Shown one piece after another: positions 17,941 to 24,510 of a DNA stretch of 64,000 nucleotides. Every line of letters begins with the position of its first letter. Position 1 is the first letter of the stretch. The notes under the pieces are model-generated. The model did no database searches, was not told where the DNA came from, and saw only the letters and a list, made by a program, of their open reading frames with translations. Both the position numbers and the translations under genes were made by a program. Source of the stretch: a virus; the IMG/VR virus record IMGVR_UViG_3300035670_000108, positions 25,048-89,047 of that record; one strand, 5' to 3'.

Positions 17941-17967
17941 GTTGCCTCCTATCTAGGCAATTGAAAG

Positions 17968-18273
17968 CTACAAAGTCTTTGCAGCCTTGGCGGTTAGAGC
18001 TAGCAGGGCCAGTCGATCTTGCCCTGCCGGTGTGTTGAGGTAGCAGCGGGGCAGGTGCATGACGCCGTCCCACTGGCGGGGCAGCAGATCCGGCCCCACC
18101 GAGGCCACACCCATCGCCCAGAGCAGCAGGTCGGCGCGCTTGTCACGGCGCAGCTGCTCGTCGAGCTTGGTCAGCACCGCGCAGCGCACCGCGGCGTCAT
18201 TGGTCAGCAGCTGCTCGGTCGTGTAGCAGAGCACCTGGCTGCCGTCGACAAGGGTGACCAGGAACTTATTCAT
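17968..18273 (-). CDS. hypothetical protein
   Basis: Start trimmed to MNKFLV; stop lies inside the palindrome. Confidence 0.6.
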   Translation of the reverse strand: MNKFLVTLVDGSQVLCYTTEQLLTNDAAVRCAVLTKLDEQLRRDKRADLLLWAMGVASVGPDLLPRQWDGVMHLPRCYLNTPAGQDRLALLALTAKAAKTL

Positions 18274-18751
18274 CGCCGGCAACCATGAAGACGGCCGGGT
18301 AGCCGTCCACCGCATCGGCGCCCTCCTGCAGGATGTCGCAGTCGATGGCGTCAGGGAACGGGCCTGGGGCGGTGCCGATCTTCGAGTACATCCAGCGCCC
18401 CTCCAGGTCATAGACCACGGTGTCCACCTCGGGGAAGAACGTGCGGACGTGCTCCATCGCCTTGGTCACCGCCTCGGGAGCCTCCGGAACCAGCTGGATA
18501 GACGGCGCCCCCTGTTGGCTTGGCACCAGCTCCACGGCTAGCCAGCGTTCGACCAGATTGCGGCCCCGCATGGTCAGAATGTGCTGGCCGTCGACCAGGG
18601 CCAGGAAGCCTTTGTCGCGCCAGAAGAAGTGGCACTCGGCCGAGGCCGGCGAGCTGGGGTTTACCTCGTTCCACTGATCGGCCGAGTAGTAGTAGTGCAA
18701 CAGCACGCGCAGCTGCGCCGGGGATACCTGGCGGTTGGGATTGTTAGGCAT
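18266..18751 (-). CDS. hypothetical protein
   Basis: 161-aa ORF behind a palindrome and RBS hairpin. Confidence 0.75.
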   Translation of the reverse strand: MPNNPNRQVSPAQLRVLLHYYYSADQWNEVNPSSPASAECHFFWRDKGFLALVDGQHILTMRGRNLVERWLAVELVPSQQGAPSIQLVPEAPEAVTKAMEHVRTFFPEVDTVVYDLEGRWMYSKIGTAPGPFPDAIDCDILQEGADAVDGYPAVFMVAGDE

Positions 18752-18797
18752 GATTTGCCCTCCTATTCAGGCAATGAAAGCTGCAAAGTCTTTGTAG

Positions 18798-19070
18798 CTA
18801 GCGACCGCAACAACTGCAATTTCGCGCGTCGTGGCCGTACATCTCGGTGTGCTTCGCGCTCAGCTGGCCATCCGAAAGGATCTCGGCGTCGGTATAGCTG
18901 CTGGCGTAGCACCAGGTGATCTCTACCTCTTTGCGCACATGGATGGTCGAGGTGAAGATGACGTGCTTGTTCAGCTCTCCGTCGTTGCCCGTCGGGCGGT
19001 CCTCGATGACCACGGTGTGCCAGTGGCGCAGCTGGCGCCCGCCCAGGTGGTTGTAGACGCGGCGGCTCAT
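18798..19070 (-). CDS. hypothetical protein
   Basis: MSRRVYN..., ATGA overlap; ends in C.CCG immediately before the palindrome. Confidence 0.7.
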   Translation of the reverse strand: MSRRVYNHLGGRQLRHWHTVVIEDRPTGNDGELNKHVIFTSTIHVRKEVEITWCYASSYTDAEILSDGQLSAKHTEMYGHDARNCSCCGR

Positions 19071-19402
19071 GGCGTGACTCCGCGGTTCCACTGGTACCAG
19101 TCGACGGTCATGCTGTCCGGATTCTCCAGCTCCAGCATCACCTCCACCTTGAACGCCATGCTGACCTTCACCTCTTCGGTGCCGTCCTCGTCCCAGGTCA
19201 CGGCCATTGCCGAGGCGTAACCATTGACCAGCTCCACCTCCTGATCAGCGAAGTGGTAGTCGGTGTCGTCGACGGACAAACGGGCCAGCATGACCTGCTG
19301 ATCCGGCATGTAGTTGTCGCAGAAGCCAATGGTGTCGATCACCAGGTCATCTACCACGATGGTGTCAGCCCGGTTAATCAGGTCGAAAAGTTTAGCCAGC
19401 AT
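19067..19402 (-). CDS. acidic hypothetical protein ending in VDWYQWNR
   Basis: 111-aa ORF behind a palindrome and RBS hairpin. Confidence 0.75.
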   Translation of the reverse strand: MLAKLFDLINRADTIVVDDLVIDTIGFCDNYMPDQQVMLARLSVDDTDYHFADQEVELVNGYASAMAVTWDEDGTEEVKVSMAFKVEVMLELENPDSMTVDWYQWNRGVTP

Positions 19403-19748
19403 GATTTGCCCTCCTATTCAGGCAATCGAAAGCTGCAAAGTCTTTGCAGCTGGGGTGTAATCGGGGGAATGACTGTCGTGCGAACTTCTGCACTTCCTCG
19501 GGCAGGTCGTCCCACTTCACTCGACGGCCCAGGTGCCTGCCCGGCGTCGCCGAGACGTGCATGCCGAATCCCTGCGGGTGGAAGGGGCGCTCGCTGGCGC
19601 CGATAGCCGACCAGGTGCCGTCGCGCTCGCGCTCCTCCTTGGCCCAGCGCGGCGGGATGATGGTGTAGCGGTCGAAGGTGCGACCGCCGTTGTCGTAGCA
19701 GCGCAGCGTCGTGCCGTAGCGCTGCAGGATGCCCATGCCCATGCTCAT
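19392..19748 (-). CDS. conserved hypothetical phage protein
   Basis: YDNGG.T.DRYT...PFHPQGFG.H......HLG.R....DLP..V block; ORF reads through the palindrome. Confidence 0.8.
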   Translation of the reverse strand: MSMGMGILQRYGTTLRCYDNGGRTFDRYTIIPPRWAKEERERDGTWSAIGASERPFHPQGFGMHVSATPGRHLGRRVKWDDLPEEVQKFARQSFPRLHPSCKDFAAFDCLNRRANHAG

Positions 19749-20038
19749 GGCTGGCTCCCCGCCTCCTGCCGGTTCCACTGGTACCAGTCGACGCTCATGC
19801 TGGTCTCCTTCACGTCGTGCAGGCTGGCCTTCATGCTCCCGTTGCGCTCGAAGGCCGGGAGCATGAAGGTGTACCCGCTGGAGTACCCGCTGCGCCGCTC
19901 CAGTTCGGCCATGTAGGGGGCCTGCAAACGCAGGTACAGGTCGAGCAGGCCGACCCGTTCCAGGGTGTCGTGGCTGAGGCTGCAGCGGAGCACCGCCGTC
20001 AAGGCGAAGTGCTCCTCCTTGGTGAGTTCAATTTGCAT
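19745..20038 (-). CDS. hypothetical protein ending in VDWYQWNR
   Basis: Start trimmed to MQIELT (GAGGAGG RBS in hairpin). Confidence 0.7.
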   Translation of the reverse strand: MQIELTKEEHFALTAVLRCSLSHDTLERVGLLDLYLRLQAPYMAELERRSGYSSGYTFMLPAFERNGSMKASLHDVKETSMSVDWYQWNRQEAGSQP

Positions 20039-20097
20039 AGCTGTTGCCTCCTCTATTGGGCAATCGAAAGCTGCAAAGACTTTGCAGCTATTGAATT

Positions 20098-20532
20098 TCA
20101 CAGGGTGAAAACCGGCTCCGGCCGAGCAAGGGTGGCCGTGCCCTCGACGTCGTCAGCCGCCGGCCTCACCCACATCTGGGTCTGGTCGTCCCAGATGAAG
20201 CCGGGGATCTCCATGCCGTCGGTCAACGGCTGATCCATGGGGTCGTCGTAGATGGGCGATTCCGCGTCCCCGCCTTTCCACTCGGGCGGCAGCAGAGGCT
20301 CCACGCCCTCCTCCGCCGGGCCGGGGCAGACCGGATAGCCCAGGGCGTCGAGGCGTGGCGTGATCGAGGAGCCGGCGACCAGGTACTCGCAGCCGGTGCC
20401 CTTGTCGACGAACAGGTTGACGGCCGTCGAGGCGGAGGGATGCCGGTCGAAGCCGGCACCTACCTGCGCCACGAAAATGGCGCCAAGACCGATCATCAGG
20501 ATCAAATCGCTCAGCTTGAGGGACGTCGTCAT
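20098..20532 (-). CDS. membrane-anchored DUF6440-like protein
   Basis: N-terminal TM; VD..TGC.YL....ITPRLDA.G.P motif. Confidence 0.65.
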   Translation of the reverse strand: MTTSLKLSDLILMIGLGAIFVAQVGAGFDRHPSASTAVNLFVDKGTGCEYLVAGSSITPRLDALGYPVCPGPAEEGVEPLLPPEWKGGDAESPIYDDPMDQPLTDGMEIPGFIWDDQTQMWVRPAADDVEGTATLARPEPVFTL

Positions 20533-20549
20533 TCTTCTGTGCTCCTAGT

Positions 20550-21520
20550 GCTGCGTGGGTGAGAGAAAATTTTGTCCTGGCTTGCACCGACAAGGGTGGC
20601 GAACCACCCGTCCAAGCTATTGATTTCAAAGGCGGTGTAAAAATTTGGTGTAAAAAGAGGTCACCAGAATGCCAACCGATATAGCTATAGCTCGGTGGGA
20701 ATTATGCTGATCTCTTCGCCGGTGCAACCTGGCTCCAGATTCTCATTTGAGAACTGGCCCCATTAACCTGCCCATTTTCTAGCCCCGATACACTCCTTGG
20801 CACTTCACCAGTCGAAACCACCCCATTCACCTGACTTGCACCTACCTGGCCGTATACCTACAAACACACCAGAAAGCGGGAAATTTTACACAGCCCGTTG
20901 ATCCATTAAGGTTTGAACCTGCAAAGTCTTTGCACCTTCCGCCCTGCAAAAACTAGGCGTTCACTGGGCCTTTTTTACTGCATAAATCAAACAGTGGTTT
21001 TTTCCCGACGAACGGCCCGTTCTCCGTAAATCTTCAGTGAAGATACATAACTGTGGAGAGTTTTGAGTCTAATCACCAGTTACTACCTCCGCTTGCAAAA
21101 AATGGAAGCGCAGTTGCACCGCCTTTTCGGAATGGCCTATACCGCTTGCACCTCGACCGTGAGCGATTTTGTCCGTGCAAGCCCGTGGAACATTTTGAGG
21201 GCCGTCGAACGGGTGTTTTAGCGCCGAAACGGGCGCAATGGTCGATGACTATCTGGGGGAATAGTGTGAATTTTGCTGCGAGGGAGGTGCAGAAAATTAC
21301 ACCAGTCGAGAGGACGGGGTGGGTGGTCGAGCAGATCGTTAGCTTGCTCTGTAGTTCCGCCAAAACACCCCCCTATAAAATAAAATAAAACATGAAATTT
21401 TTCTCTCTATATAAGGAAAAACGGGGCTTGCGGCTAGCCACAGAAGAAAAGGGCCGTATAGGAAAGATTGGCCAACAGTGGGTTATGGAACATTCAAAAA
21501 TCGAGGGTAAAACTCGACGG
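20550..21520. other. about 1-kb AT-richer non-coding region, candidate replication origin or control region
   Basis: No convincing ORF; IHF-consensus match at 20613-20625; GTGTAA repeats in both orientations; A/T tract at 21375-21421. Confidence 0.45.
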
Positions 21521-21562
21521 CCGTCTTACAGTGAGTTCGCCAGCCGTCGAGACCATTGCTCC

Positions 21563-21644
21563 CGCCACCCTTGTGCCCAGCACAGGGCGGTCGGAACAGG
21601 GCGCCGGGGATCCAGGCTCACGCCACCCTTGTGCCCTGCACAGG
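21563..21644. repeat. 24-bp direct repeat
   Basis: cgccacccttgtgccc(a/t)gcacagg at 21563-21586 and 21621-21644. Confidence 0.85.
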
Positions 21645-21995
21645 CCGGGCTCGATCCGAACGGACGACGTCGCCCAATGCCGAGGCCCAGTTCAACATGG
21701 CTTGGCGCCGGCCTTGTGCGAGGACGTCGTCGCGCTCCAGACCAGGGAGGTACTGCCCGGCCTTGCTCATGGCGACCGCACGGGCCATGACGATGGGCAT
21801 TACGCCGCATCCGGCGGGCAGGATGACGAGGCGGGGCGTACCCTGTACGGGGGTAGCGGCACAGAGGCGCAGGGCGTCTTCCAGGGCCTTCCTGACGGCA
21901 TAGCGGGGCTGCCCCTCGCTGAGTGCGGCCCCTTTTACGACGTGGTTGCGGTCGAGCAGCACGACGGCAAGGCGCAGGTGCAGGGTGTTTTGCAT
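21618..21995 (-). CDS. hypothetical protein
   Basis: Start trimmed to MQNTLH (AGGAGG in hairpin after the palindrome). Confidence 0.65.
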   Translation of the reverse strand: MQNTLHLRLAVVLLDRNHVVKGAALSEGQPRYAVRKALEDALRLCAATPVQGTPRLVILPAGCGVMPIVMARAVAMSKAGQYLPGLERDDVLAQGRRQAMLNWASALGDVVRSDRARPVQGTRVA

Positions 21996-22043
21996 GGTGT
22001 TGCCTCCTATTGCGGGCAGTGCAAGCTGCAAAGACTTTGCAGG

Positions 22044-22367
22044 TCAGGCGCTGAATTTGGTGATTTTGTGGACTTGGCTGACGGTGTACATGGGCAGGAG
22101 CTGGGTGCGGTCGGTATCGAACCGCACCTGGTCAATCGCCAGGAACCCGTGGCGCTGGTCAGTAGGCTGGACGGTGAACTCGACGTCGAAGCGCTGGCCA
22201 CGGCGCAGGCCCCACAGGGTGCGGGCGTCGTGCTCAGTCAGCAGCACTTCCACGGTGCGAGGGCGAACGGTGCCGCTGCGCACGTTGAGGGAGACCATGA
22301 AATATTCGCGCTGGGCAGCTGGCAGCGGGGTGGCTGCCAGGTCGATACGGTCGGCTTGCAGTTGCAT
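22044..22367 (-). CDS. hypothetical protein
   Basis: MQLQAD..., AGGAG RBS; bounded on both sides by palindromes. Confidence 0.7.
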   Translation of the reverse strand: MQLQADRIDLAATPLPAAQREYFMVSLNVRSGTVRPRTVEVLLTEHDARTLWGLRRGQRFDVEFTVQPTDQRHGFLAIDQVRFDTDRTQLLPMYTVSQVHKITKFSA

Positions 22368-22407
22368 GGCGTGGCTCCTGTGGACCTGCAAAGACTTTGC
22401 AGGTCGG

Positions 22408-22659
22408 TTAGCGGACGGTGCGGACGTAGACGGGCACGGCCCAGCGCGTGGCGCCGATCTGCTGGAAGACGGTCTGGGTCTGGAGCCACGGGCGGGCGCA
22501 GAGCTGGGGGCGCTGGCGGCGGGCGGAATCCGGGCGATCGATCACGCGGGGAATGTAGGGGGCGGATTCGACTTGGTGCTCTGCTGCCAGATGGTTGCAA
22601 CGGTCGGCGCCATGACCACGGCGGCCAATGTGGGCGAACAGGCGATTGAGTGCGTGCAT
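22408..22659 (-). CDS. hypothetical protein
   Basis: AAGGAG RBS; bounded on both sides by palindromes. Confidence 0.65.
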   Translation of the reverse strand: MHALNRLFAHIGRRGHGADRCNHLAAEHQVESAPYIPRVIDRPDSARRQRPQLCARPWLQTQTVFQQIGATRWAVPVYVRTVR

Positions 22660-22681
22660 GGTGAATCTCCTTTGCTGGATT

Positions 22682-22733
22682 GGGCTGCAAAGACTTTGCA
22701 GCTAGGGGGGCTGCAAAGACTTTGCAGCTAGGG
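22682..22733. repeat. tandem duplication of a 26-bp unit containing the palindrome
   Basis: gggctgcaaagactttgcagctaggg twice (22682-22707, 22708-22733). Confidence 0.9.
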
Positions 22734-22775
22734 GAAGCGCTTTGCCGTGCGGCCTGAAAAACAAGCGCGCACGGC

Positions 22776-22800
22776 AAAGCGCCCCACTAGGGGGCGCTTT
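22776..22800. terminator. GC-rich hairpin, possibly a bidirectional terminator
   Basis: aaagcgcccc-actag-ggggcgcttt just after the stop of 22814..23566. Confidence 0.6.
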
Positions 22801-22813
22801 TCTGGCGTGGGGT

Positions 22814-23566
22814 TTAGGCCGTTGCTTTTGCCAGTTCGGCCGCTTTCGCTTGCGATTCGCCCCGGCTTTTCGCATTGGGCTTGCCGGCGGCCGTGTTGCC
22901 GCGGCCTCTTTTCTCTGCCTTTTCCAGTGCAGCAGCAGTGCGCCGGTCAATTTCGGCCGCGATACGCTTATTTAATTCGTGCAGGTCTGCCGAACTGAAG
23001 GCTGCGAGTTGTTCCATAATGGCGCCGATAGAATCCACGCGCGGCGCGTTTTTATCCGATACCGATACGGCAGGGCCTTTGCCAGTGGCGGCCGGTTTAG
23101 AGGCGGCCGGTTTAGCAGGGAAAAGGCGCGCATTGACTGCATTAAGCGCCTTTTGATCGTGGCCTAGCGCGGCCTTTACTTCGCCTTTCGTCGGCTTTTC
23201 CAGAATGATGACGTTTGCTTTACAGGCGCCACGATCAAGCGCGATATAGCAGACGGCCGGCCGGGACTCTTCTGCAATGGCGCCCCAAATTTGGCGAACA
23301 TGCGTGGCGATACTGTTAGCAATGCGTGCCCAGCTCTCGGCGTCAATTTGTTCTTTTTTGGTCAATTGTTCGGCCAACTGGACAAAAACGCTTTCCAGCG
23401 TAGTCCCGATGACCGGCACGGGCGAAGCGAAGAGGGCGCGCACCTGGTCGGCTAGTTTGCCGCGTGCTTTATCGGCTTGCGTGGCGGCCTGCACAATGGC
23501 GGCGGCACTGCCGTTTACTTTTTGAACAGCGGCGGCAACGGCTTTATTTTGGCTGGTGGTTTGCAT
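22814..23566 (-). CDS. Ala/Lys-rich first gene of the leftward operon
   Basis: 250-aa ORF with GGAG RBS; visibly more AT-rich codons than neighbours. Confidence 0.75.
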   Translation of the reverse strand: MQTTSQNKAVAAAVQKVNGSAAAIVQAATQADKARGKLADQVRALFASPVPVIGTTLESVFVQLAEQLTKKEQIDAESWARIANSIATHVRQIWGAIAEESRPAVCYIALDRGACKANVIILEKPTKGEVKAALGHDQKALNAVNARLFPAKPAASKPAATGKGPAVSVSDKNAPRVDSIGAIMEQLAAFSSADLHELNKRIAAEIDRRTAAALEKAEKRGRGNTAAGKPNAKSRGESQAKAAELAKATA

Positions 23567-23754
23567 GGTATGGACTCCGGTATTAGATAAGGCGAAGAGC
23601 GCGAGCGATGAAATAGGCGGCCGGTATGCAAAGCGCGACGATTACTAGTTCCATGCTGCGGCCCTTCTGTTAGGTTTGCCGGTCTGCAAAGTGTTTGCAG
23701 CTTCCGGTCTGGCTTGTGACCGGCTCATAAATGCACCCGGCACGCCCTACACAT

Positions 23755-23770
23755 AGCAGAAGGCGTGCCA
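23755..23770 (-). promoter_or_regulatory. sigma54 (RpoN) -24/-12 promoter candidate
   Basis: Minus strand TGGCACGCCTTCTGCT versus consensus TGGCACG-N4-TTGCW. Confidence 0.65.
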
Positions 23771-23789
23771 ACTACGAAAATCCCTTATA

Positions 23790-23802
23790 AATCAATGACT
23801 TA
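23790..23802 (+). promoter_or_regulatory. IHF-binding site
   Basis: AATCAATGACTTA matches WATCAANNNNTTR. Confidence 0.65.
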
Positions 23803-23826
23803 GCAGTTGGCACAGTTTTTGAGAAG

Positions 23827-23864
23827 TGACGTAAATGGTCACAAAGTGCTGACAATTTGCGTCA
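23827..23864. promoter_or_regulatory. pair of TGAC-N7-GTCA dyad boxes (candidate enhancer)
   Basis: TGACGTAAATGGTCA (23827-23841) and TGACAATTTGCGTCA (23850-23864); 13/15 identical when one is reverse-complemented. Confidence 0.55.
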
Positions 23865-23938
23865 CATGACCCACCCCCCACTTTTTGTGCCAACTTTCCC
23901 TGGTGCGGCCTACTCCCCTCCTCGCGGTTCCCAGAATT

Positions 23939-23967
23939 TTGCCAATCCCAACTGTACGGAGTACACT
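23939..23967 (+). promoter_or_regulatory. sigma70-like rightward promoter
   Basis: TTGCCA-N17-TACACT upstream of the gene at 24028. Confidence 0.6.
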
Positions 23968-24027
23968 GCCACAGGCCCCGCCATTGCCCTCATACACAGG
24001 CAATGACCCTTCCCCAGGAGATCGACC

Positions 24028-24510
24028 ATGACCGAGACCACCACCCCCGCCCCAACCCAGATTGGCGTGCAGCTGCGCTACCGCCTCCCCGGCGCCTCCG
24101 CCGACATTGACCTGCTGTTCGTCTCGACCGCTGACAAGGCTGAGCATGTCCGTGCCCTGCTGGCAGGCGAGCTGGAGCAGGAGCCGGTAGTCGATGCCGC
24201 GCCCCTGGCCCCCGCCGCCATGGCCCTGATCAATGCCCTCCACCGCATCCAGGCCCAGCTCGACGAGGACGAGGCCCGCATGGAGGACGGCGGCATCCAC
24301 AACCCGATCGCCGGTACCAACATCGCCAGCTCGTGCTTCATCGCCGACCTCCGCGCCCTGGGCAGCTCGCCCAAGCAGGTGGCCCTGCTGCTGGCCTGCA
24401 ACACCGGCTTCTACAACACCGACAACAACCCGGAGATCTTCTTCAGCCGTCGGCGCTTCGCCCCGGCGCCGAACTTCTACGACCTGGCACTCGAGGGGGT
24501 CAGTGCATGA
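24028..24510 (+). CDS. hypothetical protein
   Basis: 160-aa ORF with AGGAG RBS. Confidence 0.75.
   Translation: MTETTTPAPTQIGVQLRYRLPGASADIDLLFVSTADKAEHVRALLAGELEQEPVVDAAPLAPAAMALINALHRIQAQLDEDEARMEDGGIHNPIAGTNIASSCFIADLRALGSSPKQVALLLACNTGFYNTDNNPEIFFSRRRFAPAPNFYDLALEGVSA

Larger units (their letters stand above)
3308..23700. repeat. dispersed family of 19 CTGCAAAG-N-CTTTGCAG palindromes
   Basis: Exact CTGCAAAGWCTTTGCAG at 3308, 10132, 12441, 16884, 19433, 20071, 22026, 22386, 22685, 22711; variants at 6696, 8467, 14592, 15659, 17396, 17968, 18781, 20919, 23684. Confidence 0.95.

Noticed and set aside
22685-22727. Palindrome as chromosomal parS or an N4-type vRNAP hairpin promoter
   Set aside because: It does not match the parS consensus (TGTTTCACGTGAAACA-like) or the GNA-loop hairpin, and no ParB or virion RNAP is seen in the window.
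21053-22731. Plus-strand ORFs across the non-coding island and cassette region
   Set aside because: They have no recognisable motifs and overlap better-supported minus-strand genes and repeats.
3308-23700. Palindromic repeats as a CRISPR array
   Set aside because: The repeats are 17 bp, spacing ranges from 26 bp to over 3 kb, intervals contain whole genes, and no cas genes are visible.
23808-23822. Rightward sigma54 promoter TGGCACAGTTTTTGA
   Set aside because: It lacks the conserved -12 GC, so I treated it as one arm of the GTGCCAACT repeat instead.
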